From NCBI GenBank assembly GCA_963749495.1, contig CAVVMW010000019.1, positions 192,001 to 256,000 of the forward strand: 64,000 nt of DNA, read 5' to 3'. This document shows positions 52,118-61,162 of the stretch, piece after piece; the first letter of the stretch is position 1, and each line of letters starts with the position of its first letter. The DNA comes from an uncultured bacterium. Lineage in GTDB: Bacteria; Verrucomicrobiota; Verrucomicrobiia; Limisphaerales; UBA8199. The notes under the pieces are model-generated. The model did no database searches, had not been told where the DNA came from, and saw only the letters and a program-made list of their open reading frames with translations. Made by a program: the position numbers and the translations under genes.

Positions 52118-52626
52118 CAGGAATAGACTCCGTATTCAATGCGTCCGAGCAGGTCTTCAACCTCCCGCGCGCCCACTTCGGTTTCAGCGTAATCCAGAGG
52201 CACCGCCCCGCCCAAGCCGACCTGGGGCGAAGTCAGCCAGCGCCGGGCGGGTTCCTCGCCTTCCATCACCTCGACCGCCTTGAGCACCAACCGGGCATAC
52301 CGGACAACCCGGTCGGACTCCTCCGGGCCGAGCCGTCCCTGGGCCTTGCGCCGGTGCAGCGTGGCCTTCGAAATGCCCAGCTTGTGGGCCAGTTTGTCCA
52401 TCGGCACGTCGAGGCTGCTCTGCAACACGTCCAGTTCCTGCACCGGCAAACCCGCGCGGATGACCTCGATCAACTCGCCTGGCGACAGCGCGGCGATGGC
52501 GGTTTTGGCCTTCAGGTTGTGGATCTGGCCGCTCGCTGCCCCGGCAAAGAGAACGGCCTTCTTCGGGGCAACATGGGCCACGACCTGCCTTCGGGACGGT
52601 TTCCCTTTTGTCATCGTCGTGCTCAT
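52117..52626 (-). CDS. Xre/MbcA/ParS antitoxin
   Basis: LGISKATLHRRK, EESDR, ARRWL..LGGAVPLD, LLGRIEYGVYS. Confidence 0.93.
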   Translation of the reverse strand: MSTTMTKGKPSRRQVVAHVAPKKAVLFAGAASGQIHNLKAKTAIAALSPGELIEVIRAGLPVQELDVLQSSLDVPMDKLAHKLGISKATLHRRKAQGRLGPEESDRVVRYARLVLKAVEVMEGEEPARRWLTSPQVGLGGAVPLDYAETEVGAREVEDLLGRIEYGVYS

Positions 52627-52635
52627 TTGATACAG

Positions 52636-52664
52636 AGAATAGTCTCATATGAAACGCATGTCAA
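52636..52664 (-). promoter_or_regulatory. Sigma70 promoter of xre-res with palindromic operator in the spacer
   Basis: TTGACA-17nt-TATTCT, 9 nt before ATG; spacer holds GTTTCATATGAGAC (52642-52655). Confidence 0.75.
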
Positions 52665-52838
52665 ACCGGCAAATGGCGCAGCTTGGCGGCTTGCCGGCTC
52701 TTGGCGAGATGTGTCTCCAACCATCCCTAACGCCCATGCCGACAAACGCGCGCGCTAAATCCGGTGTTCGGCGTTGGCGCGCTGTCGCACTGAGTTCGAC
52801 AGGGCTGGTCCGAACCAGGTATGTTCCGGGACATTGAT

Positions 52839-53042
52839 ATGCGCATCGAAATCGAACAAGAAGATGATGGACGCTGGCTGAGCGAGATCCCGGATCTGCC
52901 GGGCGTCATGGTTTACGGCGCGACGCGCGACGCCGCCGTGGCACGGGTAAAGGCGCTCGCGCTGCGGGTGCTCGCCGACCGGTTGGAGCACGGCGAGACG
53001 GTCCCCCCTACGGCGCCTGTCCCGCCCCTGCTTCGGCCTTAG
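52839..53042 (+). CDS. HicB-like antitoxin, C-terminus runs into the convergent nuoN end; no toxin partner
   Basis: MRIEIEQEDDGRWLSEIPDLPGVMVYGATR..LADRLEHGE. Confidence 0.8.
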   Translation: MRIEIEQEDDGRWLSEIPDLPGVMVYGATRDAAVARVKALALRVLADRLEHGETVPPTAPVPPLLRP

Positions 53043-54516
53043 CTGGGGCAGACGGATGGGCCGCGAGGGCGGGGACGTTCGAGGGGGCGGCCAGGTGCAG
53101 GCGGGCGACGGAGGTTGAGAGGGTGTCCAGGACGCGGCCGGGGACGACGCCCAGAGCGAGGATGCCGCCGATGAGCAGGATGCAAAGGGCGCGGGTTGGC
53201 CAGTCCAGGCGGATGGCGGGCAAATCACCCGGGTCGCGGAACCAGGCCTCGCGGACGACACCCAGGTAGTAATAGACGGCGATGGCAGCGTTGACGACGG
53301 TGATGATGACGAGGGTGAGATGGCCTTTGTGAAGGGCAGCCGTGAGCAGGCTCAGCTTGCCCATGAACCCGACAAAGGGGGGCATGCCGGCCAGGGCGAA
53401 CACGCCCACGGCCAGGGTCAGGGCCAGCAACGGCGCGCGCCGGTGCAGGCCGGCCAGTTCCTCGATCGAGACATTGGCCCCGTCGCGCGACACCTTGCAG
53501 ATCACGACGAAGCAGGCCAGGACCATCAGGAGATAGCCGGTGATGTAATAGAGCGCGGCCGAGTAGCCGAGGTCATCCAGGGCGACGAATCCGATGAGCG
53601 CGTAGCCGGCGTGGGCGATGCCCGAGAAGCCCAGGAGACGTTTGAAATCTTTCTGGATGAGGGCGATGAGGTTGCCATAGAACATCGAGCCGGCGGCCAG
53701 GATGGTGAGCAGGAGGGCTAGTGTGCGGTTGTCGGGCGTGGCCAGCGATACCAGGCGGACCAGGACGGCCACGCCGCCGAGCTTGGGCAGCGAGGCGATC
53801 AGGCCGGCCGTCTCATTGGCCGCGCCCTGATAAACGTCCGGGGTCCAGAAATGGAACGGGAATATGGCCAGCTTGTAATAGAGGCCGCAGAGGGTCATCG
53901 CCAGGCCGGCGATGGCCGCCGGGGTGTGGATGACGGGCTCAAGCCTTGGCAGCAGGCTCGGCAGAGAGGTCGTGCCGGTCAGGCCGTAGAGGTAGCTCAG
54001 GCCGAAGAACATGATCCCGTTGGCGGCGATGCCGAACATCATGTACTTGATGGCGGATTCCATCTGGCTGCGCCGGCCCGCCCGCTCGCGCCGCATCGGG
54101 ACCAGCAGGTAGAGCGGAAAGGCCGAAACCTCGAGCGCCACCACCAGCGTGATGATGTCCACGCAACTGACCAGCATCGTCAGCCCGCACACGCTCAGCG
54201 TGAGAAACAGGTAATACTCCGGTTTGACCTCCTCGCGCACGTCCTCCAGCCCCCCGCTCAACAGGAGGATGAGCATCAGCCCGCAGGCGAAGACCAGCTT
54301 GAGGACCTGGGAAAAGAGGTCCACCGAATAGGCCCCGTCGAAGAGCGTCGCCTTCTGGCTCAAACAGACCGCCGCGGCGGCGATGGCCGCAAACGCGGTG
54401 GCCAGGGCGGCGGTCCTGGCCTGGCGCGTGCGAGATTCACCCAGCGCGATGAAAAAGAGCGCCAGGGCCCCCAGCAGCAGGACCAGTTCGGGCAGGAATG
54501 CTAAGAACGAGGACAT
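53008..54516 (-). CDS. nuoN: NADH-quinone oxidoreductase subunit N
   Basis: FLPELVLL, ESAIKY, FPFHFWTPDVYQGA, KRLLGFSGIAHAGY, LAGMPP. Confidence 0.9.
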   Translation of the reverse strand: MSSFLAFLPELVLLLGALALFFIALGESRTRQARTAALATAFAAIAAAAVCLSQKATLFDGAYSVDLFSQVLKLVFACGLMLILLLSGGLEDVREEVKPEYYLFLTLSVCGLTMLVSCVDIITLVVALEVSAFPLYLLVPMRRERAGRRSQMESAIKYMMFGIAANGIMFFGLSYLYGLTGTTSLPSLLPRLEPVIHTPAAIAGLAMTLCGLYYKLAIFPFHFWTPDVYQGAANETAGLIASLPKLGGVAVLVRLVSLATPDNRTLALLLTILAAGSMFYGNLIALIQKDFKRLLGFSGIAHAGYALIGFVALDDLGYSAALYYITGYLLMVLACFVVICKVSRDGANVSIEELAGLHRRAPLLALTLAVGVFALAGMPPFVGFMGKLSLLTAALHKGHLTLVIITVVNAAIAVYYYLGVVREAWFRDPGDLPAIRLDWPTRALCILLIGGILALGVVPGRVLDTLSTSVARLHLAAPSNVPALAAHPSAPAKAEAGAGQAP

Positions 54517-56166
54517 GGGAGGGCAGAGGGTCGGGGGGCGAGGGTCGAGGGACCGGAGGCGGCAGTTTGGTCTGCGTGCGCCGGCGAGGCCCGGGAGTGC
54601 GCGCCCGTCCGACCTGTCGGACAGGTCGGACAGGTCCGACGGGTTCGGAGTTCGAATCTTCGGTTTCGCCTGGACCGCTGCGGACCGGGGTCCAGGGTGC
54701 TGGCCTTGTTCGAGCAGGTGGGCGACGCTGGCGTGCATGACGCGGGTAAAGGGCTCCGGGTGAAGGCCGATCCAAAAGACGAAGACCAGCAGCGGGGCCA
54801 GGGCAAAGACCTCGCGCCAGCAGAGGTCTTTGACGCGCGAATGGTCCGGATTGCGTGTGCCGCCGTAGGCGACCCGCTGCAGCATCCGCAGCATGTAAGC
54901 GGCCCCGAGCACGACACCGGGGACAACGCAGATCATCATCGGTTTGGAAACCATAAAGCCGCCGCTCATCACCAGGAACTCGCCGATAAAGCTGTTGGTC
55001 CCCGGAAAGGCCAGCGAGGAGAGCGCAAAGACGCCGGCGAAGGCGGCGAAGACGGGCATGGCCTTGCCCAGGCCGCTGGCCTGGGCCAAGTCGCGGGTGT
55101 GCAGCCGCTCATAGATGATGCCCACGATTATGAACAGCGCTCCGGTGGTGACGCCATGGTTGATCATGACCAGCATGGCCCCCTCGATCCCCATCTGGTT
55201 CAGGGCAAAGATGCCCAGCGTGGCAAAGCCCATGTGGGCGACGCTCGAGTAAGCGACCAGTTTCTTGAGGTCGGTCTGGGCCAGCGCGGTCAGGCCGCCA
55301 TAGATGATAGCGGCCACCGACAGGCACAGGATATAGGGCGTGAAGTATTGCGTGGCGTCCGGGGTGATCGGCAGCGAGAAGCGCAGGAACCCGTAGGTGC
55401 CCATCTTGAGCAGGACGCTGGCCAGCAGGACGCTGCCGGCGGTCGGGGCCTCGACGTGAGCGGCCGGGAGCCAGGTGTGGAACGGGAACATCGGGACCTT
55501 GATGGCGAACGAGATGAAGAATGCCAGGAACACCCAGTATTGGAACGGCAGCGAGTAGGGCTGGCCCATCAGGTCCGGGATGTAAAAGGTGTGCCGCTGG
55601 GTATAGAGGGCAATAATCGCGACCAGCAGGAAGACCGAGCCTGCCATGGTGTAGATGAAGAACTTGAGCGCGGCGTAGATCTTGCGCGGCCCGCCCCAGA
55701 TGCCAATGAGCAGGGCCATGGGGATGAGCATCGCTTCCCAAAAGACGAAGAACAGGACGAAATCCAGGGCGCAGAACACGCCGGTCATGGCCGTTTGCAT
55801 GATGAGCAGGCAGATCATGAACTCCTTGAGGCGGCTCTGGATATAGCGCCACGAGGCGAGCACGCACAGCGGCATGATCAGCGTCGTCAATAAGACCAGC
55901 AGGAGGCTGATGCCGTCAATGCCCAAGCTGTAGCGGATGCCCAGGGTGGGAACCCACGCGGCGTTTTCGACGAACTGGAAGGCCGATTTCGAGGAGTCGA
56001 AACCACAGTAGAGCGCGAGCGAGAGCAGGGCGATGAGGGTGGTTGAGGCCAGCGCCCACCAGCGCAGGAGGTTCTCACGCCTGAGGAACGCGGCCACCGC
56101 CGCAGCCGCCAGCGGGCTGAAGATCAGGATGCTCAGGAGGTGAGAGGTGGAGCCTGGGTCAGTCAT
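54517..56166 (-). CDS. nuoM: NADH-quinone oxidoreductase subunit M (no stop before nuoN in this sequence)
   Basis: GIDGISL, FWEAMLIPM, KVPMFPFHTWLPAAHVEAPTAGS, LLKMG, YSSVAHMG. Confidence 0.92.
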
Positions 56167-56331
56167 GATAAAGGTCCTGGGCGGGTTTTAGACGTTGGTT
56201 CAGAAGCAAACGGACGCGAGGGGCGAGGGGCGAGGGGCAAACCCACCGGACCCCCTCGACCCTCGACCCTCGACACTCCTGTCCGGAGGCTCTTGAACCA
56301 AGGTCTAAGAACTGCGATCTATTCGTTTTCA

Positions 56332-58128
56332 TCACCGGTACACAAACAAGACAAACGCCACAATAAGGATGGCGGTGACGGCGAAGGCGAAGGCGAGGTT
56401 CTGCTGCATCTGGCCGCGCTGGGCCAGGCGCAGGCTGCGCCCCAGGTCGCGGACCGACTCGGCCAGGCCGTCCACGATGCCATCGATGATGTTGTTGTCG
56501 AACCGGCCGGCCAGGCGGGCGGTGAGCATGAGCGGGACGAGGCCGGCCAGGCGATAGAGTTCGCCCACCAGGGTGTCGGCCCATTGCAAGGGCTTGCGCG
56601 CCAGCCAAAGGAAGGCGCGCCCGCCCTTGCGATAAAACCAATCCATGTCCAGGCTGATGACGGCCTCGGGCTTGAGCTTCTTGATGAGCAGGAAGAAGCC
56701 CAGGGCGGTAAAGAGCAGGATCTGGAGGGTCTCGAAGACGTGATAGGGGGCGTAGGGATGGTATTGGGCGGCCAACTCCGGGTGCGGCAGCATCTGATAG
56801 AGATAGGGCGTGTAGCAGCCGATGAAGATGCACAGGAACGAGGCGATGGCCATGGCCCACATCATGTTGCCGGGCGGCTCGGCGGCCCGTTCCCAGACCT
56901 CGTTCTTGGGCTTGTTTTTGCCGAACCAGATGAAGTAGGGGACCTTCAGGCCGGTATGGAGGAATGTGCCCGACGAGGCGAGCATGAGCAGGAACCCGGC
57001 CCAGTATCTGTGCTCCTCGAACCCGGCGGAGACGATCATGGACTTGCTCACAAAACCGCTGAACAAGGGGAAGGCGGAGATGGAGAGGCCGCCGATCAGG
57101 GTGAAGACGAAGGTCCAGGGCATTTTTCGCCACAGGCCGCCCAGTTCGGTGAACTTGCTCTGGCCGGTCATGTAGAGGACGGAGCCGCAGCCCATGAACA
57201 GGAGGCCCTTGTAAAGGATGTGGGCGAAGGCATGGGCGCAGGCGCCGTTGATGGCCATGTCGGTGCCGATGCCGACGCCGGCGACCATGTAGCCGACCTG
57301 GCTGATGATGTGGTAGGCCAGCAGGCGGCGGCAGTCATTCTCGAGCACGGCATAGACCACGCCGTAGAGGGCCATGATGACGCCCAGGTAAATGAGGATG
57401 TCCATGCCGGCAAAGCTGCGGCACAGGGCGTACACGGCGGTCTTGGTCGTGAAAGCGCACAGGAAGACCGAGCCGTTGAACGTGGCCTCGCCGTAGGCGT
57501 CCGGCAGCCAGGCATGGAGTGGCGGCACCGCCGCATTGAGCAGGAAGCCGCCCAGGATGAGATACATGGCGGGCGTCGGATGGTGAATATCCAACTGGTC
57601 GAAGGCCCAACTGCCCTGCGCCTTGCAGTAGAGCACCATGCCCGCCAGCAGCATCAGGCCACCGAACACGTGGACCAGCAAATACCGATAGCCCGCCCGG
57701 AGCGATTCGGGCCTGCCCCGGAACCAGACCAGGAACACCGAGGAAAAGGCCATCAGTTCCCAGAACAGGAACAGGGTGATGAAATCTCCGGCGTAAATGG
57801 CGCCCAGCGAGCCGGCCACGTAGATCCAGGCGGCGGCATGCTGGGCGTTGTCCTTCACGTGCATTCCATAAAGGGTGCTCAGGATGCACATCAACCCCAT
57901 GATGTGGCCGAAAACCGAACTGAGCGCATCAACCCGGCCGAAGATCAGGGACCAGTCCAGGAACGTCACAACGCCGAACGTGCCATGGGTGCGTGCCATG
58001 AAGACAATTCGCGCAAAGACCAGTATCGGCACCAGCAGCAGGCAGGCCCTCTTGAGGCGCGCCGGCACCAGGAACAGCAGCACGCTGCCCAGCAGCAGAA
58101 TCAGGCAAGGGTGGAGCCAGAAGGTCAT
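56332..58128 (-). CDS. Mrp/NuoL-like antiporter subunit with C-terminal lateral helix
   Basis: FWELMA, LHAWLPDAYGEA, RRLLAYHIISQVGYM, HAFAHILYKGLLF; IIDG..LRLAQRG tail. Confidence 0.88.
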   Translation of the reverse strand: MTFWLHPCLILLLGSVLLFLVPARLKRACLLLVPILVFARIVFMARTHGTFGVVTFLDWSLIFGRVDALSSVFGHIMGLMCILSTLYGMHVKDNAQHAAAWIYVAGSLGAIYAGDFITLFLFWELMAFSSVFLVWFRGRPESLRAGYRYLLVHVFGGLMLLAGMVLYCKAQGSWAFDQLDIHHPTPAMYLILGGFLLNAAVPPLHAWLPDAYGEATFNGSVFLCAFTTKTAVYALCRSFAGMDILIYLGVIMALYGVVYAVLENDCRRLLAYHIISQVGYMVAGVGIGTDMAINGACAHAFAHILYKGLLFMGCGSVLYMTGQSKFTELGGLWRKMPWTFVFTLIGGLSISAFPLFSGFVSKSMIVSAGFEEHRYWAGFLLMLASSGTFLHTGLKVPYFIWFGKNKPKNEVWERAAEPPGNMMWAMAIASFLCIFIGCYTPYLYQMLPHPELAAQYHPYAPYHVFETLQILLFTALGFFLLIKKLKPEAVISLDMDWFYRKGGRAFLWLARKPLQWADTLVGELYRLAGLVPLMLTARLAGRFDNNIIDGIVDGLAESVRDLGRSLRLAQRGQMQQNLAFAFAVTAILIVAFVLFVYR

Positions 58129-58406
58129 TCAGACTCCTCCTTCTTCTCTCCAGGGGTCTCGTAATAATCCTCCCTGGTCATGATTCCCGCGTGGCCGTAC
58201 CACTTGGAGAGGATGACGATGAGGGCGCAGCCGATGAAACCGAAGGCGGCCCAGAAGAAGGGAAACCGCTCGACGCCGGTGTGGGCGTGGGTCTTGGGGA
58301 CAAAGGCGATATCGAGCACGACCACCAGGGCCAGCAGCCCGATGCAGGCGCGGATGACGGTCTTGAGGCGGTTGCGCAGGAACTCGATGAGCTTGGCCAG
58401 TTTCAT
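58125..58406 (-). CDS. Small 2-TM protein of the Mrp-like complex I module
   Basis: PFFWAAFGFIGCALIVILSKWYGHAGIMTREDYY; ATGA overlaps on both sides. Confidence 0.85.
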   Translation of the reverse strand: MKLAKLIEFLRNRLKTVIRACIGLLALVVVLDIAFVPKTHAHTGVERFPFFWAAFGFIGCALIVILSKWYGHAGIMTREDYYETPGEKKEESE

Positions 58407-59887
58407 GGAAAGAGCCGTTGAACGAAGTTCATGAAGAAGCCCGGGTAGAGCCCGATGGCGACCGAGATGACGGCCGTGACCACCAGCGGGACGACCAGCG
58501 CCGGATGGGCCTCGGCGAATCGGTGTCCGCTGTCGGCCTCCGAGGTTTTGCCGAAGAACCCCTGATAGACGACCGGGGCGAAGTAGGCGGCGTTGAGCAG
58601 GGTGCTGACCAGGAGCACGATGATGATGCCGATGGCATGGGCATCCAGGGCCCCGTTCAGGAGATACCATTTGGTGACGAACCCGGCGACCGGCGGGGCG
58701 CCGATCATGCTGAGCGAGGCCAGGGCAAAGGCGCCGAAGGTGAACGGCATGACCCGGCCCAGGCCGCTCATCTCGGAGATCTTTTTCTTGCGAGTGGCAA
58801 CGTAAATCGCCCCGGCGCAGAAGAAGAGGGTAATCTTGGAGAAGGCATGATTGGCGATATGGATGACGCCGCCCTTGATGCCGGCATCGCTCAGCAACGC
58901 CACGCCCAGGATGATGTAGGAGAGCTGGCTCACGGTCGAATAGGCCAGCCGGGCCTTGAGGTCGTCTTTGCTCAGGGCAACAATCGAGGCAACCACGATG
59001 GTGAACGACACGAAATAGGCGGTGGGCAGCCCCAGATTGCAGGCGCCCATCAGGTCGGTCCCGAAGACATAGAGCATCACGCGGACGGTCGAGAAGACGC
59101 CGACCTTGACGACGGCGACGGCATGGAGCAGGGCGCTGACGGGCGTGGGGGCGACCATGGCGCTGGGCAGCCAGTTGTGGAAGGGCATCACGGCGTTCTT
59201 GGCAAACCCCAGGATGCAGCAGGCATAAAGGGCGGTGACCACCCAGCGATTGTACGGCGCGGGGAAGATGCCTGTGTGGGTGTTGCCCGCGAAGTCGAGC
59301 GTGCCGGTCAGCACATAGATCAGGACCATGGCCGGCAGGACCAGGCCCTTGGCGGTGCCGGTGAGGTAGGTCAGATACTTCTGGCCGCTCTCGTAGCCCT
59401 CCTCGTCCTGGTGATGGGCCACCAGGGGATATGTGCAGATGCTCACGATCTCGTAGAACATGTAGAGCGTCAGCAGATTGTCCGAGAAGGCGCACCCGAC
59501 GGCCCCAAAGAGCGCCAGGGCAAAACAGGTGTTGAAGCGCGTCTGCGCGTGCTCGTGCAGCCCGCGCATGTAACCGGCCGAGTAAAACACCGTCACCACC
59601 CATAGGAACGAGGCGGAGACAGCGAAGACCATCGAGAGGGCGTCGGCGCGCAGGGCGAGCCGCAAACCGCTGCCGCCATTAGTGCCGGGCAGCAGTTGGA
59701 AAAGCGTGAAGTGCAGCTTCGCCCCGTGGAGGACGTCGGGGATCATCCAGGCAACGGTGCCGAAAAGAGTGGCGGCGGCCAGAAACGAGCAGGTCTCGCG
59801 CAGGTTGGGCCGTTTGCCGGCGCCCATGACCAGGCCCGCCCCGAGCAGCGGCGCCAGGATGGCCAGGAGGAGTCGAATGTCGTGCAT
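58403..59887 (-). CDS. MrpD-like antiporter subunit
   Basis: FYEIVS, PFHNWLPSAMVAPTPVSALLHAVAVVKVG, LAYSTVSQLSY, NHAFSKITLF. Confidence 0.9.
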   Translation of the reverse strand: MHDIRLLLAILAPLLGAGLVMGAGKRPNLRETCSFLAAATLFGTVAWMIPDVLHGAKLHFTLFQLLPGTNGGSGLRLALRADALSMVFAVSASFLWVVTVFYSAGYMRGLHEHAQTRFNTCFALALFGAVGCAFSDNLLTLYMFYEIVSICTYPLVAHHQDEEGYESGQKYLTYLTGTAKGLVLPAMVLIYVLTGTLDFAGNTHTGIFPAPYNRWVVTALYACCILGFAKNAVMPFHNWLPSAMVAPTPVSALLHAVAVVKVGVFSTVRVMLYVFGTDLMGACNLGLPTAYFVSFTIVVASIVALSKDDLKARLAYSTVSQLSYIILGVALLSDAGIKGGVIHIANHAFSKITLFFCAGAIYVATRKKKISEMSGLGRVMPFTFGAFALASLSMIGAPPVAGFVTKWYLLNGALDAHAIGIIIVLLVSTLLNAAYFAPVVYQGFFGKTSEADSGHRFAEAHPALVVPLVVTAVISVAIGLYPGFFMNFVQRLFP

Positions 59888-59999
59888 GGAATTAGGTTGG
59901 GCGGGTGTGCGAAACAAGTGTCACAGCGCTCATGGACGCGTGCTTGAGCTCACACACAGGAGACGCTTTTTCCAGTCCATCGGGCGGGCCCCAGTCCCC

Positions 60000-60208
60000 G
60001 GCCCGAAGGGCCGGCAGAGCCCAGCCCAGGGCTGAGGCCGCCAGGCCGATGCCCTGGGGAACGGGCTTTGCGACATCCCGAGCGCCCTGAAAGGGCGCCA
60101 GAGCGCTCTGGCGCCCCTTCAGGACGCTCGGCCCCTGCTTGCGGCTTAACCCAGGGCATCGGCCTGACGGCCTCAGCCCTGGGCTAGGTTCTGGCGGCCC
60201 GTTGGGCC
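60000..60208. repeat. REPIN family F
   Basis: GGCCCGAAGGGCC..AGCCCAGGGCTGAGGCC..GCCCTGAAAGGGCG mirrored by GCCCCTTCAGG..GGCCTCAGCCCTGGGCT..GGCCCGTTGGGCC. Confidence 0.85.
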
Positions 60209-60284
60209 GCAATGCAAGGCACGAGTGGCGGCTCATTCTTCCTGTAGTCAATTTGCAACGTGACATACCTTCTTGCGTCTGCAG

Positions 60285-60608
60285 CTACCCATTGAGCTCC
60301 GAGAGTTCCCGTGTCTCGACCGAGCGGTAATTGCGATAGACCGCCACGATGATGCTCAGCGCAATGGCCACCTCGGCGGCGGACAGGCCCATGATGAAGA
60401 GCACGAAGATCTGGCCCACCGCCCGGTCATGCACAGTAAACCGGTTGAAGGCCATCAGGTTGAGCGAGGCGGCCGAAAAGATCAGCTCGCCCGAAATGAG
60501 CATCCCGATCAGCGTGCGGCGCCGGACCAATCCATAGATGCCGACGGCCAGGAGGAAGGCGGCCGTTATCAAGTAAACGTCGAGTTGATCGTAGAGAGGA
60601 GGGCTCAT
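60285..60608 (-). CDS. nuoK: NADH-quinone oxidoreductase subunit K
   Basis: GIYGLVRRR, ISGELI, GQIF, SAAEVAIAL. Confidence 0.93.
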   Translation of the reverse strand: MSPPLYDQLDVYLITAAFLLAVGIYGLVRRRTLIGMLISGELIFSAASLNLMAFNRFTVHDRAVGQIFVLFIMGLSAAEVAIALSIIVAVYRNYRSVETRELSELNG

Positions 60609-60628
60609 AAGCATTCAGGTTTGGGTCT

Positions 60629-61162
60629 TCACGGCTTGGCCCTCCCGGTTCGGGCGACGGCCAGCGCGCCGATAATGGCGATGAGCAAGGCGAGCGAGAT
60701 CAACTCGAACGCGAGGCTGTAGGTTGTGAGCAGGGAAATGCCTATGGCCTTGACTGACCCGTCATGGATGGGGGCCTCGGGCACCGGCCAGTTGGCGCGC
60801 GCGCCCAGCCGGCACAGGCCCCAGAAGATGGCGCCCGCAACCGCCAGCGCTGCCCCGCCCCAGATCAACACGGCGCCCGGCTTCTCCCAGTTCGCAGGCT
60901 CTTCCGGCTCGGCGAGCATGACGGCAAAGACGATGGTAACGCAGACCGCGCCCACGTAGATGAGGATCTCCATCAAGGCCAGGAAGGGGCTGTGCAGAAA
61001 GTAATAGAGCCCGGCCAGGCCGACGCAGCAGATCGCCAGGCCGCACACGCTGCGAATGAGCCGGGCGCTCAGGACCGCTATCAACGCCCCAACGCCCAGC
61101 GTCACCAGGCACAGGATGAAGATCGCGGTAACGATCAGGTTGGAGGCGGGGAACGAGTTCAC
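60629..61162 (-). CDS. nuoJ: NADH-quinone oxidoreductase subunit J
   Basis: EILIYVGAVCVTIVFAVML; YSLAFELIS; GTG start overlaps nuoI stop. Confidence 0.9.
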   Translation of the reverse strand: MNSFPASNLIVTAIFILCLVTLGVGALIAVLSARLIRSVCGLAICCVGLAGLYYFLHSPFLALMEILIYVGAVCVTIVFAVMLAEPEEPANWEKPGAVLIWGGAALAVAGAIFWGLCRLGARANWPVPEAPIHDGSVKAIGISLLTTYSLAFELISLALLIAIIGALAVARTGRAKP

